A DNA stretch of 64,000 bases from Eledone cirrhosa. Taxonomy: Eukaryota. The translations under genes were made by a program, and so were the position numbers. Location: contig OZ024742.1 in the NCBI GenBank assembly GCA_964016885.1, positions 311,798,001 through 311,862,000 on the forward strand. The letters run 5' to 3'. Below are positions 29,179 through 43,218 of this stretch, piece by piece (position 1 is the stretch's first letter; every line of letters begins with the position of its first letter). The notes under the pieces were generated by a model that was given only the letters and a program-made list of their open reading frames with translations, had not been told where the DNA came from and searched no databases.

Positions 29179-29624
29179 GCTTATCTCTAATTCTGCACCG
29201 CTGATCTAAGTAAAAGTTTTCCTTAAAAAGTGTCAAGGCACAAACTATTCTGATGACTGAACATTCCATCGTTCCATTGTTCGTATCCTCTCATAAATAA
29301 TTAATCAGAGGGAATTCCAGTGCAGTAAAAACAACAACATTGACGTAAAAGCTAAAATAGGCGATTTCTACTATGGTGAACAGTGTAACATTCGCATAAC
29401 TCGATTAATTAGCACAAAATATCTAGGTTTCACGACCTCACTGCGGTCTACAAAGAGTATAGAATAATTTGCAGTTTATTTTGGCCTCCATATGTTGAAA
29501 TTTAAATATATTCCTTAGTATAAACCACTCCCTTAAGGACCTAAACCTGTCGTTAGAGAATACATATGGCTGAACGTTAAATTGGTTAAAACAAATATAT
29601 ATGATATATATAGAGAGATATCAT

Positions 29625-29747
<123 letters not shown>

Positions 29748-30003
29748 AACACACAAAGAATATCGATCTGTTTATTGATTTAGTTTTCAGTTTTAAATAA
29801 AAGAAAATTTACGAACCAAAATAACATTAGAGACAAATAGGAAATATGTTATAGACCTCGTTATATTTGTCATACTTCTCCTACTCACTACTCTCCCGAG
29901 GATAGCAACTTAAACTCCCAACGTGAAGCAAACAGTATTTCATAAATATATGGTATCCACGTTATACACTGTGTATATGTATGTTTATATGTGCACACAC
30001 ACG

Positions 30004-30042
<39 letters not shown>

Positions 30043-30447
30043 ATAATAATAAATTTGAAGACTAAAATCCAAAGAGGGCTCGATAAGGATAAATATATAT
30101 CAAATATATAAGAGCCGTACTAACGAACGGGAGGAAGTGAGAAGGGGGGAAACAGAGAGTGAGTGAGTGGAAGTGCGAGGAAGAGGTCAGTCGAGAGAAA
30201 GTGTAACTGACAGAGGGGGCGAAAGAAGGAGAGAGAAACAGAGAGAACGGGGGAGCAGTAAGAGAGAAAGATGTATATATATATATATATGTTAAGTATT
30301 TCCGAAGAAAAAGCAAAGGAAAAAAGAGTGCTCTATGTATAAAACAGAGCTATTTAATTAGAAGGTGAACAACACAATATATAACTACTCCATTACGAAA
30401 GGTTCCAGGACCCTAGACAATATTAACATATGTCTAGTTCGCTCATC

Positions 30448-30482
<35 letters not shown>

Positions 30483-30572
30483 TATATACATATACAAACA
30501 ATCCACAGAAGACAGCCGATGAGCGGGAATTGTCCACGTGTTTGTGTCTTCCGTGTTTTCACCCACGTTTTT

Positions 30573-30644
<72 letters not shown>

Positions 30645-30695
30645 TGTCATTACCATAACAGAAGTCTGACGAGCCTTTGGTTCCAGAGTGGGGCC

Positions 30696-30741
<46 letters not shown>

Positions 30742-30956
30742 TATTTACGTATTGAGAGAGAGAAAAAAAGGGGAGGATAGGTGATACATATAGCTATTTG
30801 TCAAGTAGCGTATGCCAAAGGTGCTCGATACTAGTGCCGGCAGTATTAAATATTCGAAGTGTTAATATTTAGTGGGCTAGAGAGTTAGCAGAGCGTAAGC
30901 ACGTGGGAAAGTAAGAAATCGGAGAATAGACCGTTAAAACATGTTTATTTAAAACA

Positions 30957-30998
30957 ACACCTACGTACGTTTCGCCCAGTTGGGCTTCTCAAGGGCAT
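30957..30998 (-). ncRNA. Hammerhead ribozyme, U3-A8 core variant, in the PLE 3' pLTR
   Basis: Minus strand: atgccc TTGAGAA gccc-aact-gggc GAAA cgtacg TA ggtgt; palindromic stem III ACGUACGU. Confidence 0.7.
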
Positions 30999-31357
30999 AA
31001 ATAACCAAGTGCTCGGAAAGAGTTTTGGGGGTTAAATTCACGTCAAGGTTCATTGCTCGCAAAAATAGCTTGTTTTGATTTTGTAGCTGGTCAAGGGAGG
31101 TAACTCTGGCCAGTGTTAGAGCAGTCTTTCCCGGACAAATTTTTATCCGTTACAAGATGAGGTTACAACCTTACCATTGTCGATACGCACAGGGTCATGT
31201 AGCCAACGCTTATTTTGAGACGTTTGTTCGCCGTACCTGTTTGTCTGGGTCGTTTGAGGCTGGGTCTGGTATGCATGGTTAGTTTCCTGCGTGTTATTTT
31301 GCAGCGCCTGCCCGCCGGGGTGTTAAAACTTGTTGCAGGGAGATCCGGTGCACGGTT

Positions 31358-32634
31358 TCACTCCTCATCCTTAACCCATCTGAAGAAGGATATTTTTAAG
31401 CGATGTGTACAACTTATCGCTGTTTCAGCTCTGTTGTTGATGAGCTCGTGTGGTGCAGTTATGATGTGGTAGAGCTCCATGAGGCAAATATCGCACTTCC
31501 TCTTGAAGTTGTACGGTGCAGCCCTGCCGACAATATCCCAGTGCGTGGAGAAGCTGATGTTTAAGTCCTTTAGTGATGTGATGTAGTCCGCGAACGAAGT
31601 GGAGTGTCTTAGTTTTTTATTTGTGAAAGAGTGGAGATGTGTTCGAAACCTAATTTTGAACGGGCCGGAGGTAGCCCCTATATAATGTTTAACGCTATTG
31701 TGGCTAGTTACAGTGCATCTATATATAACCCTATCAGTCAAGCAGTATCCTCTAAGGGGGCAGCGTCTTCTGTCGCGGCAGTTGCAATTTATGTCGCGGT
31801 TCCGTCTATTTCCCACGGTAAGGCTATCATTATTGCTGCCTACGTTGTTACCTACGCTACCGCAGCTGTCGTTAGCACCATTACAAGCCACAGCACGCGG
31901 GATGGTGCGATTGTTATTCCGCACGTCATGTCCTGCATGTTCCCCAGTGATTTCGCGGTTATGCTGGTTGCGTCTGCGGAGGCCGTTGCCAGCATTATTG
32001 GATGCTGCTAGGGAGTTGTTAAGGCCGATATAGTTATTGTCAGGTGTAGGTGCGTCTGTGTCGAGGTACTGTGTCTTGGTGATCTTACTGTGGTTCGTTG
32101 TTCCTATGATGTCTGCTAGGTTAGGAGTAGTAGAAAAGGATATTTTTATATTGTTCCTATTAAGAATTTTTCTATACCTATGGTTGGGTGGGAAGTTCTT
32201 CTCTAAGGCTTCGAAGTATATCCGGGGTATGTTGGAGGCCACACTGCGAGAGTAGGGGGGTGGAACCATAGGACGTTACGGTGGCGATTACGTGTCCTTG
32301 TACGTTTGCTATGGGTGGTTCCATCTAGGTGACCGCTCTTATGTATGTTAATGCGCTGTAGCTCGTTAGGTGCCCCTTTCACTTTATGTTCGGGTGCACT
32401 CCTTCTACCTCTTCCATGTTTATGTACAGAAAGATGTTGGTTGGAAGGCGTTGGTAGTAGGCCGTCGCCTTTGTTGGTTTTGTAGTAGGGGAATAGTTCG
32501 AGTAAACTACAGTGGTCACCGTCGCCGGGGTCGTGATCTTTAGTGCGATTATCTATTCTATTGTATCCGACTTCAACGAGGTCGCCGCGTGATCGGTTAT
32601 AGGTATGGCTTACTATAACGTTCGTTTTATGAGG
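31358..32634 (-). pseudogene. PLE linker and C-terminal GIY-YIG endonuclease (frameshift near 32262, RT missing)
   Basis: RNRHRNVLWF/PPYSRSV...NFPPNHRYRKILNRNNIKISFS, CNCR...CPLRGYC, VIY...YIGAT...FKIRFRTH, CDICLME. Confidence 0.9.
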
Positions 32635-32650
32635 TTATTATTGGTTATTT

Positions 32651-32692
32651 ATGCCCTTGAGAAGCCCAACTGGGCGAAACGTACGTAGGTGG
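32651..32692 (+). ncRNA. Hammerhead ribozyme, U3-A8 variant (inverted pLTR copy)
   Basis: TTGAGAA 32657-63, GAAA 32676-79, GTA site at 32685-87. Confidence 0.65.
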
Positions 32693-32760
32693 TGTTTTAA
32701 ATAAACATGTTTTAACGGTCTATTCTCCGATTTCTTACTTTTCCACGTATATATATACAT

Positions 32761-32825
<65 letters not shown>

Positions 32826-32873
32826 TAACAGATTAAAATTTAAGCAAAGAATCGCTGCTTTTACCCTATAACG

Positions 32874-32924
32874 AGTTTCTGAAGATCCAGTTAAGGGTGA
32901 AAGCAGCGATTCTTTGCTTAAACT
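32874..32924 (+). ncRNA. Probable type I hammerhead in fold-back island 32819-33040
   Basis: agttt CTGAAGA t-cc-agttaag-gg-t GAAA gca-gcgattctt-tgc TT aaact; weak stem II. Confidence 0.55.
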
Positions 32925-33390
32925 TTAATTTGTTATTTTAATAAATATTTGCTCTACGGTTCATATATATTTGATATATATTTATCCTTATCGAACCCTC
33001 TTTGGATTTTAATCTTCAAATTTATTATTATTACTATTCATTTATATATATTTATATATATATTATTGTTATTCAATTTCCATTAGTGTAATCAATTAAT
33101 TTGATTTTTCAACAATCTTCTCTCTTCTCTTGCCGTTCTTTTTTTATGATCTATTTATTCCTACTTGCTTTCTATATATCCTTATATGTTAACAAATTCG
33201 CATTCCACTTTGAAAATTCGTTGTAACTACATATTATTTAAGTAGTTGGATACGAGTTAATTTGAGTAAAATAATCAAATGTTAGTGATCCAAGACTTAT
33301 ATATAATGCACACGATGAAACACGTGTAAGTGTTATGCAATAAATGTTATTCCCACTCTGGATTATGGTGTTTTTAATAATATTTTTGTA

Positions 33391-33491
<101 letters not shown>

Positions 33492-33690
33492 CACACATAT
33501 GTGTGTATACGTGTGTGTTTGTATGCATGCACACACACACATACACATATATATGCGCGCGCACACACACACACATACACATATATATGCATTAATGTAT
33601 GTATATATACATGTATCTATATATATATGTATGCATGCATGTATATATATGTATATGTAAATGTTTATCTACATGCTTGTATGTATGTAT

Positions 33691-33760
<70 letters not shown>

Positions 33761-33764
<4 letters not shown>

Positions 33765-34366
33765 TGGCTGCCAACTCGTTTTCGAGTACGGCCACTACTT
33801 TATATCCATGTAGGAGAACCCCTACCGATGCGCTGAACGAGTGTGACTTTTTAGTACAGCCAGCGACTTGAAATCTCTGGTACAAACACTACACTTGTGA
33901 CAATTATCGACACATAGTGCTTGCCCTTGGTACCATGTGACGACAAGTGCAGAGAGATCTCCAGATATAAAGCAATGCCTGTGCCGTGAAGCTTTTATAG
34001 TGAGCAAAAGCACTGCACAAAGCCAGTCCCACTCTCTTAACCAAGATGATATTTACCAAAAAGAAGAACAAGTCAACATCATTGGATACCATCTGGGTTG
34101 CAGGTGTTATATCAGAGTTTTCCTTCTCCTAGAATTCTGCCTTGACAAAGGCTAAGGGGTCATCTCTCCCAGTGATTTTGGATGGCCATTGACTCTTAAG
34201 AGCTCCTTTGCCCTTTGACAGGTTTTGTTTTTAGTCCTGCAGGATGTCCAAAGTCACCCTCCTCACCAAGAAACCTTGGTGGGGTTGCCAGTTTAGTCGC
34301 CAACGACCCGACCATGAGACAGGTTGTACTGGGATACATGTTACCAGTAGCACCAAGTGGTGACCT

Positions 34367-34369
<3 letters not shown>
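33761..34369 (-). mobile_element. About 610-bp internally deleted RTE element (head plus tail)
   Basis: 5'UTR motif ctaggagaaggaaaactctg; terminal C2H2 remnant [22 protein letters not shown]; 3' stem ctcgaaaacgag. Confidence 0.75.
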
Positions 34370-34410
<41 letters not shown>

Positions 34411-34420
34411 CATACATACA

Positions 34421-34451
<31 letters not shown>

Positions 34452-34559
34452 GCGTAGAAATGTCCATGAACCCCAGAAGACAACTGATGAAAGGGAAATT
34501 ACCCCCGTTCTTGCTTTCCTCTTATATATATGTGTGTGTGGGGGTGGGAGGATGGGGGG

Positions 34560-34615
<56 letters not shown>

Positions 34616-34787
34616 TATATACATTTAACGCTATTGTTCTTTCCTCCTTTACATCCTTCTTGCCCCTTGTGTGTCTTTGTTGCATGTTTGCTTTCGCAGC
34701 TGTCAGTAGTCTCGTCTACACTAATGCTTATTGAACTTGTCATAGAGTTACCACGCATAATGAATACTGAATCATCAGCATATTTAC

Positions 34788-34818
<31 letters not shown>

Positions 34819-34874
34819 TGTATGTATGTATGTATGTATGTATGTATGTATGAATGAATGTATGAATGTATGTA

Positions 34875-35168
34875 TGTTCTTCTGGGTTTATAATTTCACA
34901 AATTTTTTTCCAATAGAGAGAGAGTCGGTTTCTAACATAGACACAAGACTCTCTCATTGGAATTTACATAACATCAACTAGGCAGATTGTGTATGCATGT
35001 CTGCATGCATGCATGTGTAGATATGGATGTTATTGTATGTGTGGATGTGGATGTTTTGAGTTGTATGTGTGCATGTGTATATGCTTTGTATCTGTACATC
35101 TGTATATGCAGTTATTAGATGCAGAATCTTTGGAATGTTTTACATATTTTTAATGTTCCCTTAATGGA
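34875..35168 (-). mobile_element. R4/Dong-like LINE 3' end next to (TATG)n
   Basis: Homologous to 41100-41385. Confidence 0.65.
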
Positions 35169-35999
35169 CTAGCAGAAAAACCACCCTTTGGGTGGTTTTC
35201 TGCTAGCATGTGTAGTGTGTATATTGATATTATACACAAATATATATCCATATAGATATGATACATCAAATAAAATCGTAATTGACAATATACACAAAAA
35301 TTGAACGAAGTCTATGTTACACTGTCTTCTGTAATCAGTAAAGTAATCCGTGATACATTTAAAAAAAGACGATATTATATATAAACTGCATTAGGAGAAA
35401 ATTAGCGACGGAAATATATGCGATATTTTTATAAGTGTTATAATATAACGGCCGCTAACCGGAAGTGTTGACATTTGAAAATGTTAATGTGAATCTTTAA
35501 ATAAGCCATACAATATATTTAAGCAACAGCCACGAAATTTAGCACATAAATTATTTAATATTCATTCATTATTTATTCAAAGTAATCCAACTTATTTTAC
35601 AAACGAGGTAAAAAAATTATATTCTGGACGCAGTCCCGCACTTCTTTCTTTATTATAGTTAAGATTGTACTTATAATGTATGTATGTGTGTGTGTATGTA
35701 TGTATGGATGTGTGTATGTATGTATGTATGTATGTATGTATGTATGTATGTATGTATGTATGTATGTATGTATGTATGTATGTATGTATGTACATATGTG
35801 GGGATGTATGTACGTATGTACGTACATACGTGCGTACTTATCTATGTATGCATGCATGCACGTATGTATGTATGTATGTATGTATGTATGTATGTATGTA
35901 TGTATGTATGTATGTATGTATGTATGTATGTATGTATGTATGTATGTGTATGTGTATGATGTATGTATGATGTATGCATGTACTGTGTATGTATGTATG

Positions 36000-36190
36000 A
36001 TGTATGCATGTATCTAAGTATGTATATATGTATGATGTATGTATGTATAATCTATGTATGATGTATGCATGTATCTATGTATGTATATATGTATGATGTA
36101 TGTATGTATAATCTATGTATGATGTATGCTCGTATCTATGTATGTATATATGTATGATGTATGTATGTATAATCTATGTATGGTGTATGT
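36000..36190. repeat. About 60-bp higher-order repeat derived from (TATG)n
   Basis: Three copies of ...gtatctatgtatgtatatatgtatgatgtatgtatgtataatctatg. Confidence 0.7.
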
Positions 36191-36505
36191 ATGTCTCTCT
36201 TTCTCTTAATTTGAGTTTATTTTGACCAGTCACCTTCCCGGTGGCAAGGTTTTAAAGAAAAGGAAATTGCCGTCGTCACTTGTGTAAGAGAATGTTTTAG
36301 AGATTTTGAAGGTTTTGCTATTTCTTTTTCCACAAATCCAAGTTCAGTTATACTTTGATCCAGGTGGGTTGATATATAACCTGTAGCTCCAATATTAATG
36401 GGTATGAAGCTGAACATGTATCTTGGCTACTGGATTTGCAAACTCCTCTTTAACGGCCCATAGGTATACTCCTTCTCTTGCATTTTTCTTACCACATTGA
36501 CATCA
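36190..36505 (-). mobile_element. R4/Dong-like LINE 3' fragment
   Basis: FSFIPINIGATGYISTHLDQSITELGF; 3'UTR as in 2018-2215. Confidence 0.65.
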
Positions 36506-37452
36506 AGTGACTTCTAGAGCAAAAGTTTTCAACGGGGAGCGTTTCGGAGCTCCAGTGGGCGTTTTGAAGCAAGGGGGCGTTAGGGGTGGGGTGGGGTGAC
36601 GTTTGAAGTTTTGGGGGGAAATGGGGGGTGGGGGGTGGAAGGCTCTTTACTTTGGTAAATTTTATAAGCCATATTTGTACGTCTCTGAGACAGCCAGTGT
36701 GAATACATTTGAATGAAGAAAACGAAGAAAATAAATAAAAGAAGCTTGTCAATGAATTCCCTAGGAAGATAAAAGAAAAACGAATGAAATATTTTTTGCT
36801 CAAAACACTCACATGACCATAAATATTACATGTGTAAAGTTTGAAAAATCTCAGTTGGGTGGTTCTCGAGTTTTAGGGGGTCAGATAGACAGACAGACAT
36901 TCTCTGTTTTAGATATATAGATGACTAGCAGTATCCGGCGTTGCACGGGATAAGGTATTTTGGAACGCGGGCCGCCAACAGACCTAATCGTGGAAAAAAA
37001 CTGCATGCCTGGACAATATGTAAAGAAAATAAACCGAATATTCTGATGGCTGGATAATCTTTAAGATTTTCCTCGATGAAGCAGGAAAAATGCAGGTTTT
37101 CACCTAATGCGGGCTCTAGAGGATCAAGAAAATGAATTTTTTTTTTATGTGCATAATATGTCTTGAAATTTCGGGAAAATCGGCTAGACGTAACACCTCA
37201 AAAAAGCCATAAAAAGCTGAAAAAAGGAAGTTTTTCACCTAATACCATAAAAAAGTTGGATTTTCACCTAGGCCATAAAAAAGTTGGATTTTCTTTGCTC
37301 ACGGTATGAAGAAGAATCTCTATAAAATTTGGCACTCAGATTCAGATTCATCGCGGACAGAACAAGAGAAAGACTGTAACTTCTAATGGAGTGGGTGTTC
37401 TTGACTAGAAAAATGACAAAATGATGATGATTCTTCTATTTTAGTATAAATG
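36506..37452 (-). mobile_element. Two adjacent Helitron-like non-autonomous elements
   Basis: Junction ...agatatatagat|g|actagcagtatccggcgttgcacggg: a TC start and a CTAG end with subterminal hairpin on the minus strand. Confidence 0.45.
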
Positions 37453-37622
37453 TTAAAATAGAACAGTCATAAGTCGGTCTCTATTTTTTCAATTTATTTC
37501 TCTGCCCACATCTCTCTCACACATAATTTTCTCACTCTATGTGTTTGTATGTGAGCATGCATTTGTGTATAAATATGCATAATGTATTTCGGCCGGCGGT
37601 ACACACACACACATATGTATAT

Positions 37623-37739
<117 letters not shown>

Positions 37740-39516
37740 GTGTGTGTGCGTGCACATCACATGTGTATGTACACACGTACACACGCACACACGCATATAT
37801 ATATATATATGTATATATATTCAACTATTTGTGCAAATTGAAAATATTTCACATAGAATGTAAAATGATGGGAGTGGGTGAAGTAAAGAACGAGAGAGGG
37901 AGAGGGGGGGGGAGATTAAGGAGAGGAAAAAGAAGGGTGTGGGGGAGTGGTAACATAAAAAATGTATCGAAATATATGGTAACATAAAAAATGTATTGGA
38001 AATACAGTATATTTCATTGATTAGCTTAGCCGTGAAGATCAAAAAAACCTTTCTTCTAACACCAAACTAACAAGATTTCTCATAACTCATAATTTCGAAT
38101 GGAACAACAGTTTCCCGATTAAGGATCAAGTCTAATTACCATTATAACAGGAAATTAATCAATACTGTATACTATCAAAGGTTCTAAAAAAATTTTTTTT
38201 CTTTTCTTTTGTTGATATTTTAAATTTTTGTTTTGTTTACTGAAAATCTGAAGTAAGGTGTCAATTACAATCCATGCTTCAAGTATATTCGGATAATCGA
38301 TATTAATGATCACAAGGAATAACTTTGAGACTGGAAAGAGATTTATGCCCAGGGGTGGGATAGACCCGTCTCTCTATAATTAGGAATTCTCGAACGACTG
38401 CGTTATCGATTACATGTAATACTGGACATAGTATGGCTGAACGATTACGAAGTTTGCTTCGCAATTACATGTTCTTGAGATCGAACCCAGTGTGATATCT
38501 TGGGCAAATATTATTTGTCGACCCAAGTTTTGTGACTGAAATTGGGTAGACAGAAAACAAAGAGGTAAAGGAAGAAATAATACAAGAATAGAAATAGTTG
38601 TTCATAAAACTCTTATAATGACACAATAAATGCTCGAATAAAATTAAGAAAAAATGTTTCCAATGTATAATTTTTAATCAGCTTTACTGTGGGTGAGGAG
38701 GGGTTGTATGTGATACATTCTCTAGAAGAGGACGGTAGAACTAAAAAGTTTGGTAAACTTTGTTGTTTGTTCCACCACACTGCTCTCTAAGTTCATATCC
38801 CGCTGCCATCAACTTTGCCTTTCATTCATTCGAGGTCTATAAATAAAGTACCAGTCTAATATTGGGGTTAATTCTTTCTCTTTCTTTCTTTGGAAAGAAA
38901 TTGTTGTGTTCAGATCTGGTGGGACATAGGCTTGGTCAGGTTTAAAATGCCTAACACACCACACCGTGCATCAAGGCGCCCCTACGAATCCACCAGGAGT
39001 TAAGAGACCCTTTACCAACCTTAACGTCGTTCAGATTAACACCTAAATCGCTGATTCATAGCAAGATTATCAACGTACAGAAAATCGGTGGGGGTTTTTT
39101 TTTTGGGGGGGGGGGTCTTCTTAACTAATAATGTCTCAACACCAAAAACCGAGTCAGTGGATTCACTGGTGTCAAAGTGCTGCTGGCATTCCAACTCCCG
39201 ATCTTACGGTTATGAACCGAGCAATCTTACCACACGGTCACGCGCCTTCCACTTTGTTTACTGATCTATATAGTGAAAATGACACTTTATGAAATGGTTG
39301 AGATGCGTTGTAGTTCTTGGCCCCGTTAAACAATTCGGACATAATTTTATTGAGCCAATGAAAACTCGAAAGCCTCAACGAACAATGAAAAGACAAAGGA
39401 GAGGTGGTCATTAAAAACAGTAAATCTATACTACGAAATATTAGGTTTATTTTCACAGTTATTCCCCCTGGAAATACAAAGTTTTAACTCTCGCAACAAC
39501 TACTCTATTATTATCA

Positions 39517-40198
39517 ACGGTGGATTGGCAGTATCGGTAGGCTCTTTATGATCTGAGATCAAATCCTGCCGAGGTTAATTTTGCCTTTCATCCTTACGGG
39601 GTCGATAAAATAAAGGACCAATCACGCACTGGGGTCGATTTAATCGACTTTCCCCTCCCCGCAAAATTGCTGGCCTTGTGTCTATAAGTTGAAGCATAGA
39701 GTTACCTCCCTTTATGATCTGAGTTCAAATCCCGCCGAGGTTAACTTTGCCTTTCATCCTTACGGGGTCGACAAAATAAACTACCAGTAATACACTGGGA
39801 TAATTGCTGGCCTTGTGCCAAAAGTAGAAACAATTATTATCGGCGGTAGATTGACAATATCGGTAGAGTATCGGACACCATGCTTCGCGGCGTAGAGTTA
39901 CGACTCTTTACGATCTGAGATCAAATCCCGCCGAGATTAACTTTACCTTTCATCTTTGCGGGATCAATAAAATAAAACACTAGTTATGCACCGAGGTAAT
40001 TGCTGGCCTTGTGCCAAAAGTAGAAAAAATGATTAAGAATGGGATCGGACGCCATGGTTTGCAACATAGAGTTACGGTCTGAGTTGAAATCCTGCCGAGG
40101 TTAACTTCACTTTTCATCTTTACGGGGTCGATAAAATAAAGTACCAGTAATGCACTGGGTTAATTGGTGGCCTTGTGCCAAAAGTAGAAACAATTATT
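39517..40198 (+). mobile_element. Head-to-tail array of four tRNA-derived SINEs
   Basis: Four successive cores and tails. Confidence 0.85.
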
Positions 40199-40545
40199 AT
40201 CGTCTGGTAGTTTAAAGTTTCTTTGCTTCCAATATTGTATTCTTATCTTGTCTTGGTTTGTCTTGGATTTATAAAACTTCGAACACTATAGTAACCATGT
40301 TATTTTTAGGATAACCGACATTGTTGTTTTACTCATGCGTCAAATTGAAAGACAACTGCGTATTCATCTCTCTCTCTCTTTCTCTCTCACCCCCTCTCTC
40401 TCACCGGGCCCCTCTCTCCACATACATACACCGACGCACGCACACACATACAGACAGACATACAGACACGGAGACAGACACACAGACACACACACGCATA
40501 TTTATTTATTCTTTAATTCTTTTACTAGTTTCAATCAATATATAT

Positions 40546-40576
<31 letters not shown>

Positions 40577-41099
40577 CTAATGATCTGGTTCTTATAGCTT
40601 AATCTGTGGAAGAGCTTGAGAAGAAATTCTTGTTGGAATATATATATATATGTATATATATATGTATATATATAATATGTGTGTCTTTATGTCTGCATCT
40701 ATATCTATATATATCCATCTATCTATTTATCTATCTATCTATCTATGTATCTATCTCTCTCTTTATATATATATGCATACACAGATACTCACACATATAT
40801 ACTTGGTGTGTATGTTTATGTATGCGTGAGTATCTGTATGCATATGCATATGTATGTTTGTGAGTGTATCAATGTTTATGTGTGTCTGTCAGGATGTTTA
40901 TATATAGATGAAAAACAAGGTCGAATGAGACTGACGGTCTGCATCGACAAAATTGTATTTATTGGAATAAAGTTGGCATCTGTGTATGTATATATGTATA
41001 TATGTATATTTGTATGTATGTATATTTGTATGTATATATGTATATATGTATATTTGTATGTATGTATGTATGTATGTATGTATGTATGTATGTATGTAT

Positions 41100-41540
41100 A
41101 TTCTTCTGGTTTTATAATTTCACAAAGTTTTCCCAATAGAGAGAGCGTCGGTTCTAACATAGACACAAGACTCTCTCATTGGAATTTACACAACATCAAC
41201 TAGGTAGATATGTATGTACGCATGCATATGTAGATATGGATGTTATTGTATGTGTGGATGTGTATGTTTTGAGTTGTATGTGTGCATGTGTATATGCTTT
41301 GTATCTGTACATGTGTATATGCAGTTATTAGATGCAAAATGTTTGGAATGTTTTACACATTTTTACTGTTCCATTAATGGATTGTACTTCTTGTAATTTC
41401 CTAACTAGTTGTGTTCTTTCTGTTCCTGTGAAGCCCAGCTTCTCAAGATTTGTATTGAGGCAGTTACTAACATATCCCAGTGCCCCAATAATCACAGGTA
41501 TGAATCTAAAGGTATAATCAGGGTGGAGTATCTGCAGATT
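41100..41540 (-). mobile_element. R4/Dong-like (RLE) LINE 3' fragment within (TATG)n
   Basis: [36 protein letters not shown]...LQEVQSINGTVKMCKTF; IPVIIGALG is typical of RLE C-termini. Confidence 0.75.
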
Positions 41541-42053
41541 TATGTATGTATGTATGTATGTATGTATGTATGTATGTATGTATGTATGTATGTATGTATG
41601 TATGTATGTATGTATGTATGTATGTATGTATGTATGTCCATTTAGTGTTGTAGAAGTGTTGGCATTTTTTAAGACTGTCATTATTATAATATAATTCCTT
41701 ATTTCTTTTAAATTTAAGATTTTTATGCATTTTGGAAATTTCATGCAATACATAGCTCCACCACACCCACTCACTTCAATGAGGATGTGGGTGTTGTATT
41801 ATAAACTACACATATAGAAAAGAATGTGCAATATACACACACGGCTAGATACATACATATATAGACTTAAACACACACAATATGCAATAACCATATATGC
41901 ATACATAATGTATAAAGATGCATTTAGATATATACATATATACATAAACATATTCATATATTAACAAACATCTACATATATAAACGAACATCTACATATA
42001 TAAACGAACATATTTACATAAATAAAAGTATCCACATATCTTCATATGCATAT

Positions 42054-42269
42054 TTAACCCTTTAGCATTTACATTACTCTATATTTAATATTGTATTTTC
42101 ACGGTAAAGGCTTTATCTCACATAATATCGAATCTATGAGATTTTGATATTATTTATTTTCAGAACAATACCTTAATATTGGTATGAGGGGCCAGTTATG
42201 GCCAGTTTGAAAAGAAAGAGGTGAGAGAATTCTAGCTGGATATGGCCAGTTTAAATGCTAAAGCGTTAA
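42054..42269. mobile_element. piggyBac-type MITE
   Basis: TTAA-ccctttagcattta ... taaatgctaaagcg-TTAA. Confidence 0.75.
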
Positions 42270-42302
42270 ACATGTTTACACTTCTACATAAACAGATACA
42301 CA

Positions 42303-42371
<69 letters not shown>

Positions 42372-42664
42372 ATAAATATATTCACATATACATATATAAA
42401 CTTATTTACACATCCACACCACCATATAAACATATTCACATATCGACATACAAATATATCTACATATCCACAATATACATATATAAAAATATTTGTATAT
42501 TCACACATAAAAACATTCGAACATCCACACATGGTTCTGAGCAAAACATTCTAACCATTAGGCTATGTGCTCTCACCAACATCCTCCACTAGGAAGGATT
42601 AAAGCTAAATTTGACCTCTTGAAATTACTAAATACCATCAAAAACATATTGTCCAGCACTTTGA

Positions 42665-42893
42665 TTTAATTGACCCCAATGCATTACTGGTTCTTTATTT
42701 TATCGACCCCAAAAGGATGAAAGGCAAAGCTAACCTCGGCAGGATTTGAACTCAGATAAAGAAGAACAAACACTACCAGGACATTTGTCCAATACTCCAG
42801 CAATTTTGCTAGTCTACCACCTTTAATACTTTAACAATAATTGTTTCTACTTTTGGCACAAGGCCAGCAATTATCCCAGTGTATTACTGGTAC
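42665..42893 (-). mobile_element. SINE copy plus SINE tail fragment
   Basis: Reverse complement of the consensus. Confidence 0.75.
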
Positions 42894-42894
42894 T

Positions 42895-43218
42895 TCTCTT
42901 TCCCTAATTATGATAATGACATTAAAAAAAAAAGCCACTACCCCTTCAACACTAAATGAACTCTCCCTCCTTACTTATGATAATGATGTTGTTTAAAAAA
43001 TGCCACTACCTCTCCAATGCTAAATAAACTCTCCCTCCATATTTATATTATAATAATATTCTTTTAAAAAAAGCCTCTACCCCCCTACACTAAATGAATT
43101 TTCCCTCCCTACTTATAATAATGATATTGTTAAAAAAAAGCCCATCTACACTAAATGAACTCTCCCTCCCTACTTATAATAATGATATTGTTAAAAAAAA
43201 GCCACTACCCCTCCAATG
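42895..43218. repeat. About 65-70-bp minisatellite, 4-5 copies
   Basis: Unit aaaaaagccactacccc..ctaaatgaactctccctccctacttataataatgatattgtt. Confidence 0.8.

Larger units (their letters stand above)
30760..32748 (-). mobile_element. 5'-truncated Penelope-like element with an inverted pseudo-LTR
   Basis: GIY-YIG ORF plus a 108-bp inverted repeat 30901-31008 / 32641-32748, each copy with a hammerhead; flanked by (TA)n. Confidence 0.9.

Noticed and set aside
29248-29290. CTGATGA as a hammerhead (also CTGACGA on the minus strand near 25315)
   Set aside because: No GAAA and no convincing stem I.
30660-30700. CTGACGA hammerhead
   Set aside because: Cut off by (TA)n before the second half of the core; counted only as a fragment.
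33822-34013. C2H2 zinc-finger gene
   Set aside because: Single finger remnant inside a multi-copy RTE-derived element.
42895-43218. CRISPR-like array
   Set aside because: Eukaryotic context; the units are wholly homologous with no unique spacers, so it is a minisatellite.
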